Both the position numbers and the translations under genes were made by a program. Positions 55,192 through 64,000 of a DNA stretch of 64,000 bases are shown here, piece by piece. The notes under the pieces are model-generated. The model saw only the letters and a list, made by a program, of their open reading frames with translations, was not told where the DNA came from and ran no database searches. The stretch's first letter is position 1, and the number at the start of each line of letters is the position of its first letter. Source of the stretch: a virus; the IMG/VR virus record IMGVR_UViG_3300030329_006606, positions 24,817 to 88,816 of that record; one strand, written 5' to 3'.

Positions 55192-57942
55192 TTATCCTCC
55201 ACAGGCAGGACAGCCTGTAATTGTAACGGTTGTACCACCGGTATAACCTGATTGATCTCCATTTGCGTAACCAGCATATTCTAAAGAACCCCCTACGCTG
55301 GCATCATCGCTATTTACTAAATAATGTACTGCTCCAGCAGCAACAGATGTACCATTTACTTGTATTGGGTTATCTCCAGTATTAGAGATGCTAAGCCTCA
55401 TTACTGGGCTATTTTTCTGCGGTTCACAGCTACTGTGCTGATTCCACCAAACTTTAAATTGTCTATTATCTGTAAAAACTCCCATAATTGACTCAGGGGC
55501 CACTGGAGTTTCTGCGCAAATTGGGTGAGCGTCTTGGTTGAGCATCATATAGTTCTCAGAATCAACGACATAAACCGTATTTCCCCAGTAAACTACAGGA
55601 GATTGACTATCGCACCCATTATAAGATTTTACATAAATATCTAAGTCTTCGTTTCCTGTCCAGTACAAATAAGCTGAAATTTGATATTTGCATGTTGCCC
55701 CGGGTGCAGCAGTCGTTGTCGTGGTTGGAGAAGCTGTCGTTGTCGTAGTTGGCACTTGCCCCAAACAAGATATACATGCCGTATTCTCATCGGGAAGAAC
55801 CTCAAGATCTTCATTATTAAAAGTATCTCCATTTGTCTCAGGCAAACCAGAGGTAGATATTTCTGCGGTTTCTTGAACTATATTACTAACACAAGTTCCA
55901 TCATTCAATTTTACTACTTCCGGCCAATCGCCAGTACCACTAAGCACATTTGCAGTATCCAAGAAAACGACTATGCTTGGCGTTGAATTGTCTAAAGTGG
56001 AACAGTCCCAGCCATAGTAATAAGTATAACTAACCGGAGCGGATGTTGTCGTTGTGGTTGGAGCCACAGTGGTGGTGGTTGTAACTGTGGGCGGGATCAC
56101 CGGCGGCACTGTGGTAACCGTGCGAGATTGATGGGTTCCTGTAATTATTATATTATCATTTATCCCGAAAACTTTATTGATTTTTGCAGGTACAAAGCTT
56201 GCAGAAACTCCCGCTGGATCAGGATCATCACAAGATATGTCGCATTTTGTTTTTTTGTTATAATCAATTTTTTCAGAACTCCTTAAGCCACCCACCCAAA
56301 CTTGCTCGCTAATTATTTTATCTGCAAAACAATTACCGTGGTTTGTTAAGGTGCCGTTATAATTTCCAACCGTTCCCGAATGTCTAGGGATTAAAGCCAT
56401 CCTACCAGTAGCAAAATTTGTTGCAAAAATTTCTAAATTACTACCATTTAATTGATAATCTACACCAGATATTAATTTTAATTTATTTAAATAAACATCT
56501 TTATTTTCTGATGCACCGTATGTTAAGGTTCCAGCCCATCCTGTAAAATCAAACCAATTTTGATCTTCATCAATTATATCATAAACCACGTAATCGTCTT
56601 CTAAATACTCTCTAGCAACTCCTGACAGTTCTGAGTTTGCAGTTATTTGATAGTCAACTCCAGATTCTTGTATTTTTCCATTTACATATACATTTATTTT
56701 GTCGCCCAAATTATATACGCCAGTATTAAGGGGAAATAGGTCTCTATTTTTTCTTGAAGATCTTAAATTTATTTTATTTGAATGTACGTCACACCTGTAC
56801 ACTTCGTATTTATCTGTATTACTAAAGCTAGAATCCCACAATATACAAGGATTTGCATAGTTTTTGATATAAGCATTATCAAAAGTTTTTGACTCCGCCT
56901 GAAAAGCTGTAGAATCTGACGAGGCTGTGTCTGGCCCAGTAAGATATGTTATTTTATTTTCATATATATTTCCGTACATGGGCGTCTCTTCAAGAACCTG
57001 AGTAATATTTCCTTGGTTATCTTCCACGTTTACAGTTAACATTTGGTATCCAGTTATACCTTGTCCAGCTACAACTTGCGTTTCGGAAAATCCAGTTACC
57101 GTATTATAAGAAATTTGAGAGGTTGTATTCGTACCCCTAGTATAAGCGGTCAAAAAGAATACATCAGAAATTTTGTTCAAATAACTTTCATCATGATACC
57201 CGCTCAAAAGTAGAAAATTTTCTACATATCCCTTAAATCCTCTATAGTTATCATTTTCATATGTGGGTGTGCCTCCGTGGTGAATACCCGACAAAGTTCC
57301 TCCAACATAAAGTTTATCTGAACCATTTCTAGAATTTATTCCGAAAGAAGAATACACTCCGACGCCTTTTACTGGATCATACACACCCATCGTGACCAAA
57401 TTAGAAGTTTTAGAATTTGAAATTGATATTAAATTTCTATCCCCAATTACATGGTTTAAAACTTCAACTTCTCTTACCCCATCCGAGTTAACATATTCAT
57501 AGAATAATTTATTAGAACCATTTACTCCAACCATAAAACCAGATAAAGAAGCGGGGTCATTCATCGAAGTTAACAACACTCTCGACCGAACTTTGTCTGT
57601 TTGATTTCCGCATAAACTTTCGTTAATATTTAAAAAAGCTGTCCAATTATCGTACTCTACTTTACTTCCAACGCTCAACACGTCGTTAAATTCAAATTCA
57701 CCCCCATTTGTTGAATTACTATGAGAAGTATCAACTGGGTGATTTGTAGAGCCTACGCTAAGCCCCGGTTTGACAGACGCATTAATGACGCTATTAATTA
57801 CGTGGTCAGCCGAAGCAGCTAGATTATTTTCAACGTAAGAATTATGAGTAATGGCATCCCAACTATAAGAAACCTTGGCACTTCCAGAAGAAATACCTTC
57901 ATTTTCAAGCCTATCAAATAGTATTTGTTTGTTGATTACCAT
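55192..57942 (-). CDS. 916-aa putative virion protein: LamG-like N-terminus, VY.NG..Q..G.DY repeats, Thr linkers, C-terminal YfaP-like domain
   Basis: WT.F..I, LYVGG...F.G.V..F; VYVNGKIQESGVDY and VYLNKLKLISGVDY; DLDIYV..LNQDAHP.C domain. Confidence 0.6.
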   Translation of the reverse strand: MVINKQILFDRLENEGISSGSAKVSYSWDAITHNSYVENNLAASADHVINSVINASVKPGLSVGSTNHPVDTSHSNSTNGGEFEFNDVLSVGSKVEYDNWTAFLNINESLCGNQTDKVRSRVLLTSMNDPASLSGFMVGVNGSNKLFYEYVNSDGVREVEVLNHVIGDRNLISISNSKTSNLVTMGVYDPVKGVGVYSSFGINSRNGSDKLYVGGTLSGIHHGGTPTYENDNYRGFKGYVENFLLLSGYHDESYLNKISDVFFLTAYTRGTNTTSQISYNTVTGFSETQVVAGQGITGYQMLTVNVEDNQGNITQVLEETPMYGNIYENKITYLTGPDTASSDSTAFQAESKTFDNAYIKNYANPCILWDSSFSNTDKYEVYRCDVHSNKINLRSSRKNRDLFPLNTGVYNLGDKINVYVNGKIQESGVDYQITANSELSGVAREYLEDDYVVYDIIDEDQNWFDFTGWAGTLTYGASENKDVYLNKLKLISGVDYQLNGSNLEIFATNFATGRMALIPRHSGTVGNYNGTLTNHGNCFADKIISEQVWVGGLRSSEKIDYNKKTKCDISCDDPDPAGVSASFVPAKINKVFGINDNIIITGTHQSRTVTTVPPVIPPTVTTTTTVAPTTTTTSAPVSYTYYYGWDCSTLDNSTPSIVVFLDTANVLSGTGDWPEVVKLNDGTCVSNIVQETAEISTSGLPETNGDTFNNEDLEVLPDENTACISCLGQVPTTTTTASPTTTTTAAPGATCKYQISAYLYWTGNEDLDIYVKSYNGCDSQSPVVYWGNTVYVVDSENYMMLNQDAHPICAETPVAPESIMGVFTDNRQFKVWWNQHSSCEPQKNSPVMRLSISNTGDNPIQVNGTSVAAGAVHYLVNSDDASVGGSLEYAGYANGDQSGYTGGTTVTITGCPACGG

Positions 57943-60335
57943 ACTGATCCTATTCCGTCTCCGACAGAGACTGCTGCTTCTCCAGTTGAATGCGTTAATG
58001 TCGCCGCAGAGACCTTAACATCATTCGTTCCCGGCCCAAAACCAGTTATATTTAAAGTTTCTTCGTTTGCTAGCCCCGGACTAAGTATTATTTTAGTTGC
58101 CGCAGGGCGCCCAGAAGTACCATTTAAACAATTTACCTCATCTAAAACTATAAGCGCGTCCGCTACACCTACATTTGAAGATAACTTTGTTACGCAATTA
58201 TTTAAATCTGGATCTGGAGACATACTTATTAAAGGTGCGTTAGAATTATAACTAGTTACCTTGGATTTGCTTATGGTATCGTTACCAGCGTAATCCGGCG
58301 TGTTGGCGTTCGTAAGATCCCTCTTTGTCCCAGTTTCGTTGTCGCTAACCACATAAGTCTCGTGATCACTAGGCAAAGCCACAGGTCTTCCCCCTAGAAA
58401 CAAATTATCAAGATCCGACACAAGCTGGCGAGCTCTATTTTTTATCATCTTCCGGAAATCGACCGCCGGGGTACCCTTGTTCTGGGAATGAACTAAGTTA
58501 ACTCTTATCGTATGTTTCTGTCTGGTATACATTGGGTCAATTGTTCCTTTAAAATTTGTTTTACCTCCAAAACTAGTCAAAGAATAATGGCCATCAATAT
58601 TTGCTGATGGATTCGATTTTCTATAAACTATTGGTTTTTGTACTGATATATTATAAGATGCACTTTCATAATTTTCGATCCAATCTGCATCAGAGTAGGC
58701 TATAGAAAAACTCGCAGTATTTCTTTCCATTTGTTGAGAAATTTCTATATTTTTAGGATTGTTTATATTTAAAGTAATTGGATTAATAGTTCTGTGGCCT
58801 ATGTAGCTTATTGATTTAGGCATATTCATCATGTAACAATATTGATTGTAATAACCCAGCGCCCATGTCCCAGTGAAATTGAGTAAAGAACCAAATTGCT
58901 CGATAATCTGATCGGATGAATGCGGATTTTCGCCCATAAGCATCGGCCACAGACCATAGTCCGAAGAACAGTTTTGGCCAGAAAATAACAAGCTGGCTCC
59001 AAGGTCCAGCGAGCCAACATCGTGCATATCAGCACCGGCGCGCGGGACCACGGTATCTGCTGAGGCTCCACCCGGGGCGGATTGATTTTCAACCATTACA
59101 GATGTTTTTAAGAAATCCTGTATTGCAAGTTTCTGCTTGGCTTGAGGACCAATAGAACCTATGTTGCCAGATATACTAACCGTTGTAATAGACGTTATTT
59201 CGTCCGTGTCTATGGAAACGTCATGATCTACCCAAACGGGATACCCTAATCCCCCCGTCGTTACCCATCGAGGATCATTTGTGTATGTAGCTGTTTTTGT
59301 AAAAGTTTTTGAAGCTAAATCTTCTTCTATATTTATGTCAATAGCTTCATGCATATAACTTGTAAAGTCATGACAAGGATGGATATTTAACCCGTGATTT
59401 ATTGCTTTGGTATACATCGTGTTTCCAACGCCGCTATGAGTTACTAATTTAGCTGCGCTTCTCATTTCTGCGGCGGTAGTATTTTTACCGCCCATGAGCT
59501 TATAAGTAACTCTTGCTTCTGTAAAATCAGAATCAAAGGTAGATTTACTAATATCAACAGAACATCTGGCATGCACTTTTCCGGCTGTAGCCGTATCATT
59601 TATATCGTAAGGGTCAGCGCGCCAAGTTTCTATAATTTCATATGTTCCTTCTAATCTGTTTATATTTTCAGATTCATCAATTAGCATCGGGCCACCCGTT
59701 GAGTTGATCGCATTTACTCCAATAAAAGTACTCCCTATATTTCCCAATCCTCTTCTAGATTCTACGAAGGTTCTAGCGTGATCAAAACCACCTTTACATA
59801 CGCCGAGATCTGTTGTATTTACTCCTTTAGCATATATTCTATGCGTGATAGTTATAATGTCTGATGCGTCTTTATCCATGGAAAAAGAGTCGACCTTTTC
59901 AATAACCCCCATGTTATCAAAATGACTTTCTTCGTAACACTTTAAAGTTGCAGACCAATCAAGTACGCCCCCGGAAAGATATTTTTGCTCGGGGAAATCG
60001 ACGCTTTCAACAATTATATTTTCACATTTATAAATATCCGTCTCAGCCTCCGCCTGCCCTGCAGCAAGAACCAAATCACTGACTTGAGCATCGTCATACA
60101 CATGTAGCTCCTTAAAACTATCGCTAAAGGTATTTATGATTGCGTCTCTGACCGCTCCTAAATTTGCGTAGCCGTTGGCTATAGCGTGGGCCTCGACAAT
60201 TTGCCCTTGTAGAGTTATACTCGTAACTTCACCTATTTTTCCAGATTGCATAATGGCCTCTTTATTCATGCTAAAATAGGGAACGTTTTGAGTTCCCCAA
60301 GGTGATAAAGAATTATATGTTATCCTTAAGGCCAT
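57936..60335 (-). CDS. 799-aa putative structural protein
   Basis: Long ORF overlapping both neighbours; beta-rich repeats similar to the 674-aa neighbour; C-terminal domain shared with the giant proteins. Confidence 0.55.
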   Translation of the reverse strand: MALRITYNSLSPWGTQNVPYFSMNKEAIMQSGKIGEVTSITLQGQIVEAHAIANGYANLGAVRDAIINTFSDSFKELHVYDDAQVSDLVLAAGQAEAETDIYKCENIIVESVDFPEQKYLSGGVLDWSATLKCYEESHFDNMGVIEKVDSFSMDKDASDIITITHRIYAKGVNTTDLGVCKGGFDHARTFVESRRGLGNIGSTFIGVNAINSTGGPMLIDESENINRLEGTYEIIETWRADPYDINDTATAGKVHARCSVDISKSTFDSDFTEARVTYKLMGGKNTTAAEMRSAAKLVTHSGVGNTMYTKAINHGLNIHPCHDFTSYMHEAIDINIEEDLASKTFTKTATYTNDPRWVTTGGLGYPVWVDHDVSIDTDEITSITTVSISGNIGSIGPQAKQKLAIQDFLKTSVMVENQSAPGGASADTVVPRAGADMHDVGSLDLGASLLFSGQNCSSDYGLWPMLMGENPHSSDQIIEQFGSLLNFTGTWALGYYNQYCYMMNMPKSISYIGHRTINPITLNINNPKNIEISQQMERNTASFSIAYSDADWIENYESASYNISVQKPIVYRKSNPSANIDGHYSLTSFGGKTNFKGTIDPMYTRQKHTIRVNLVHSQNKGTPAVDFRKMIKNRARQLVSDLDNLFLGGRPVALPSDHETYVVSDNETGTKRDLTNANTPDYAGNDTISKSKVTSYNSNAPLISMSPDPDLNNCVTKLSSNVGVADALIVLDEVNCLNGTSGRPAATKIILSPGLANEETLNITGFGPGTNDVKVSAATLTHSTGEAAVSVGDGIGSVW

Positions 60336-62350
60336 ACGTTCGACCTCCCTCCTGTCGCTTTACCATCTGCATCTCTCGTCAACCCATTATTGCTTTGAAC
60401 GTATTTTATTGTTCCTGTAACGCTGGCTGTTCCACTAGAATCAAAATCATAAGAAACATTTTCTAAATATTGTAAAGGCTGATTGGTTAGCGGGCACATT
60501 AAAATAGGTAACCCTAGATCATTCGCCCAATTTTGTAATTCATTTTTTACCATCTTCGCGCCGTAAGCTATTTCGCTGATCGGAATCGTATCTCTAAATT
60601 CAACATTATTGTAAGCTCCCCCAGCTACGTCAGGAATTGGCACAAATCTGTTATAGTTTGGTCTTGCACAAGTCATTCTTGCCGTTACGGTTCTTGACCC
60701 TAACGCGGTTTGGTTAGAGTTGTGAACTAAAAATTTCCACCCCGGTATAGCATATTCTGAATTCATAGCTTGTGGAACTTCATCTTGCACTTCCATCGAA
60801 ATTCTTCTTACACCAGCGTCATGCGCTGGAAATCCCGGCGCAGTTAATTCCGGATCAGAAGTATATTCTGCCACGTAAGAAAGATTTTTACCCAAAGCTG
60901 CAAATTCTAATGTCGTTTTTACTCGTTTAAAACTATAGCCCCCCAGCCCCATTTTATCTGCACCCAGTCCAGAGTTTGAAGCTTGCGCCGCAGGATCGAC
61001 CCCACTTCTATATTTTATATCTTCATAGAATGAATGCACTCTGCTAGAAGAGTTCGCGAAATCTGTTAAAAATAAATTTCTTCCCACTGTTCCGGATAGC
61101 GTAACGCTAGGGTCTGCACCCAAAAAACCTACAGAGTTTAATGGTCCATTAGAAGTTAAATCGGGAAATCCTTTTTGTTCTTTGGTTTTTATATTTACGC
61201 TTTCCCTCATAACCACATTTCCTACCGAATCCAAGGAGGCGGTAATAGTTGATTCTCTCCTGTATTCGCCGGCGGTACTTGATATGTAAGCGCTATCATT
61301 AGAATAAGAAACCGTATAAGAATGTTCTTGCGAAATGTTGTCTATATTTTTTTCTTCTACCAAGGTGATGTTGTTTAGGTTAGCCGCCGCGCCCGCTTCT
61401 AAATATTCTAAATAAATAGTGTTGCACCTAGAGTATGCTCCTGTTAACAACGTATTAACTCCCGCTTCAGCGCTAGCACTTTTAGTGCCGGTACGGCCTT
61501 TGACTTTTCCTTTCTCGGTTATCGTCATAATACCAGCAGAATCCCTTTTGACAGAATGAGTTAAATTATATGTGTAAGTTGATTCCTCGCCCGCGACATC
61601 TTCATATAGGTTGAAGCTTTTACTTAAAGTGTATTGTCCATTTTCCAGATCAAAACTTTCAGAATAGTAGGGTGTTATTGTAGTCGACGAAGTGTTATAT
61701 TTTGCAGCATTGAACGCAAACCCAAAGTTCGGCGCATTGGCATTAAGTATATTTTGACATACATTTCTTGCCCCAGACAAATTGCTGGACAGAGTTTCTT
61801 GTAAATTCACGGTTACTGAATGCTCGTAGCTCCATTGCCCTGCCACCTCGCTTTTAAAAGAAAAATTCTCCGCAATATCCTGTAAATATTCTGCGACAGC
61901 GCTTATTTGAGTTTCGATACCTGCATATGTATCACCAACGTTTTGGTTTGCGGTATCATCAGCCCTACAATAAGAGTTTCCATTTACCTTTTCTTCTATT
62001 GTTAAATATATTTTACCACGGTCTATCGCGTTTTCCCACACCTCAGGACTTGTGGGTATATCAACGCTTGAAATTCTACAGTTAGTATAGGTTAAAGTAT
62101 AAGGACCGCCTCCGGATATAGTAATACTAGCTTGCCATTCTCCTATATTTTGTGAGTTATTATTGATCTTTGTTAGCCAAGTTTGAACCTGCTCTGTTGG
62201 TTGACCTTCACTAGCATGCCCCGCGGGATATACCGTGGGATCAACAAAAGAAATCTCTAGTTTAGTAGTTAAAATATCTTGATGATTAATTATTTCACCA
62301 AGATAATATTTTTTTAAACTTGCTCCTAATGCTGTTACGCAATCTATCAT
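60326..62350 (-). CDS. 674-aa putative structural protein, probable paralog of 57936-60335
   Basis: Repeats of F......G..T..H.V.. followed by E..D...G.Y.....; AAGGA upstream of the ATG. Confidence 0.55.
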   Translation of the reverse strand: MIDCVTALGASLKKYYLGEIINHQDILTTKLEISFVDPTVYPAGHASEGQPTEQVQTWLTKINNNSQNIGEWQASITISGGGPYTLTYTNCRISSVDIPTSPEVWENAIDRGKIYLTIEEKVNGNSYCRADDTANQNVGDTYAGIETQISAVAEYLQDIAENFSFKSEVAGQWSYEHSVTVNLQETLSSNLSGARNVCQNILNANAPNFGFAFNAAKYNTSSTTITPYYSESFDLENGQYTLSKSFNLYEDVAGEESTYTYNLTHSVKRDSAGIMTITEKGKVKGRTGTKSASAEAGVNTLLTGAYSRCNTIYLEYLEAGAAANLNNITLVEEKNIDNISQEHSYTVSYSNDSAYISSTAGEYRRESTITASLDSVGNVVMRESVNIKTKEQKGFPDLTSNGPLNSVGFLGADPSVTLSGTVGRNLFLTDFANSSSRVHSFYEDIKYRSGVDPAAQASNSGLGADKMGLGGYSFKRVKTTLEFAALGKNLSYVAEYTSDPELTAPGFPAHDAGVRRISMEVQDEVPQAMNSEYAIPGWKFLVHNSNQTALGSRTVTARMTCARPNYNRFVPIPDVAGGAYNNVEFRDTIPISEIAYGAKMVKNELQNWANDLGLPILMCPLTNQPLQYLENVSYDFDSSGTASVTGTIKYVQSNNGLTRDADGKATGGRSNVWP

Positions 62351-62365
62351 AATATATATTATTCC

Positions 62366-64000
62366 TTATTTGTTTGTTTCATCGTTGCTTATTGGGTCTG
62401 TTTGTGCGTCAATTCCACTTGTATCAATTATACCTTGGAATGCGGCTTTTATCTTATTCATTATTTGTTTTTGAATATCTGGTATTAGTTTCTTCATAGC
62501 CTCTTGTAATCCCGGGAATTCAATTTGACCACTAAGCACGTGATTGTGTTGATGGGAATTCTGGGTTCCACCAGAGATTGTAACTTCTTCTGTTTCTGGG
62601 GTTCCAGCCTCGGCTCCTTCTCCGGCTTCTTGCGCATTACTTATGCTTTGCGCGATTGCTCTAGCTAGTTGCTCTATGCTATTTTGATCTAATGATAATT
62701 TATTATTGTTTTCACCAGCGGCTTCTGCAGCCTCCATTTCTACAAGGGTTTGTAAACGGTCAGTAACATTCTCTAACAGTGAGGCCATAGTTTTTAACTC
62801 GGTTAAGCCGCAACATTCTCCGCTTATGCCTGCGCCCATTTCTTCATCAAGTCTCATTCCTGCAGTAAACCCTTTGTGGTCTGCCGGCGTGTCTACCTTA
62901 ACGTAACCCGTGTCATCTCCGGGTCTTACGGTGTCATCACCCGTATCTGGCTGTAAAGCGTCTGGGTAATTGTTATTGTTTGCGCCACCCATACCGGGGA
63001 ACTCTGGCCCTATTGGTCTGCCGGGCAAAAATGGAATGGGCGGAAGATTTGGATCAGGCACACCCTCAGGTAATGGCCCAATAAATCCGGGTTCTCCAGC
63101 TACAGGTAATTCTGGACCAAAGACAGGAGCCTCAGGCATTACTTCAAAAGGCGATATTCCCGGGTTTGGCTTAGTGTTCGGATGCGGAATTGCTGGCCCA
63201 AATCCGGGTAGACCATTCACAAGAGGTAACCCTGTCTCCGGATCATACTCCTCTGCAGGAGGCATCATTCCATGGCCAAGGACTGGGTCATTAGGACGCA
63301 TCATTCCATTACCAAGGACCGGGTCATTAATGTTAATTAATTCATCGTGAGGTATGTCCATGGGCGGGCGACTAGCTTGTATATCTTTTTGCCATGTGAC
63401 ATCCAAAGGAGCAGTCGCTTTGTTGTCAGAGAAATTGTTAGGTGCCTGTGGTTTAAATGGTACATTTGCCGCCTTGGTCATGCCCTCGTCCAGTATCGCA
63501 TCCAAATCCTTGAGTGGTCTTGGCTCTTGGAAATCCCAGCCAGCAGTCCCCGGTTCTGAAGGAATTGAAGTAGGCATTCCATATGGGTGAGGTTGCATAG
63601 TATAACCGCCTTCGGGTTCTGATGGGAGCCCTAATATCTCTGCAGCCTGTGATGGACCCTCCTCAGGAACAAACTCAGGAACTCCGGGCTCGGGCATGGG
63701 TAATGGCTGCGCGCCGGGGATTTCTGGTGCTGCCGGCACTCCTTCTTGTTCTCCGGGTAGAGGATCTGGGAGAGGAGTGGCGTCTTCCGGCGACATAGGT
63801 ACACCTCCATCTGGAATGGGCGGTGGCGCTGGCTCTTCTGGCCATATATCCGGCGGCACGATAGGTTGTTGCGTGACTGGATCGTGCGGTTCTTCTTCAG
63901 GTTTATTTTCTACAACCGAAGGTAGTGTAACTGCGTTGCTAGCGATTCTACAAACGCAGTCTCTAATTTGTTCAAGCAAAGATATCTGTTTCTTTATTGC
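62366..64000 (-). CDS. C-terminal part of a large Pro-rich protein (start lies outside the window)
   Basis: Frame stays open to base 64000; long Pro/Gly/Glu-rich disordered stretch and helical end. Could be the end of a tape-measure-like gene (not demonstrable). Confidence 0.55.
   Translation of the reverse strand, partial: AIKKQISLLEQIRDCVCRIASNAVTLPSVVENKPEEEPHDPVTQQPIVPPDIWPEEPAPPPIPDGGVPMSPEDATPLPDPLPGEQEGVPAAPEIPGAQPLPMPEPGVPEFVPEEGPSQAAEILGLPSEPEGGYTMQPHPYGMPTSIPSEPGTAGWDFQEPRPLKDLDAILDEGMTKAANVPFKPQAPNNFSDNKATAPLDVTWQKDIQASRPPMDIPHDELININDPVLGNGMMRPNDPVLGHGMMPPAEEYDPETGLPLVNGLPGFGPAIPHPNTKPNPGISPFEVMPEAPVFGPELPVAGEPGFIGPLPEGVPDPNLPPIPFLPGRPIGPEFPGMGGANNNNYPDALQPDTGDDTVRPGDDTGYVKVDTPADHKGFTAGMRLDEEMGAGISGECCGLTELKTMASLLENVTDRLQTLVEMEAAEAAGENNNKLSLDQNSIEQLARAIAQSISNAQEAGEGAEAGTPETEEVTISGGTQNSHQHNHVLSGQIEFPGLQEAMKKLIPDIQKQIMNKIKAAFQGIIDTSGIDAQTDPISNDETNK

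Noticed and set aside
24293-63590. Numerous short opposite-strand or alternate-frame ORFs (poly-V, poly-R, QQQ/RRR)
   Set aside because: Shadows of Thr-, Cys- and Pro-rich coding sequence within long genes; no independent start signals or motifs.
1-64000. Cellular chromosome or alternative genetic code
   Set aside because: Replication genes are divergent and phage-like with no ribosomal or housekeeping operons; TAA, TAG and TGA all end genes and very long ORFs are intact in the standard code. A cellular origin cannot be formally excluded because no capsid or terminase gene is in the window.

Overview
The window looks like a 64-kb segment of a large dsDNA bacteriophage genome in the standard genetic code; the host is unknown. 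It has two convergent arms. The left arm (1-23369, + strand) is a replication/recombination module: RecA/UvsX-like recombinase, DnaB, primase, a DnaE-type polymerase split into a stand-alone PHP gene and a core gene, a DEDDh exonuclease, two PD-(D/E)xK nucleases, and probable SSB and annealase genes. It is interleaved with glycan-modification genes (gmd, several glycosyltransferases, a methyltransferase, a cupin, a carbamoyltransferase), a tmRNA with an unusually long 35-residue tag, and a three-gene cassette resembling lysine catabolism (HPPD-C-like dioxygenase, aldehyde dehydrogenase, lysine 6-dehydrogenase-like). Six sigma70-like promoters in this arm all have a 16-nt spacer and sit almost on the start codon, implying leaderless or near-leaderless mRNAs. 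The right arm (23402-64000, - strand) is a putative late/virion module with an A-rich GTGTAAT motif upstream of several genes. It is dominated by three giant proteins (1442, 3001 and 3706 aa). Each carries a pappalysin-type (M43) zinc metalloprotease with a putative cysteine-switch prodomain, set among small Cys-rich modules, mucin-like Thr linkers and, in one protein, GYQ collagen repeats. Modules are shared between genes, nested inside one another and in one case apparently permuted, and some Thr linkers are nucleotide-identical between genes. This modular protease-bearing fibre system is the best candidate for an undescribed biology. All functional calls come from motif recognition by eye; no database searches were run.
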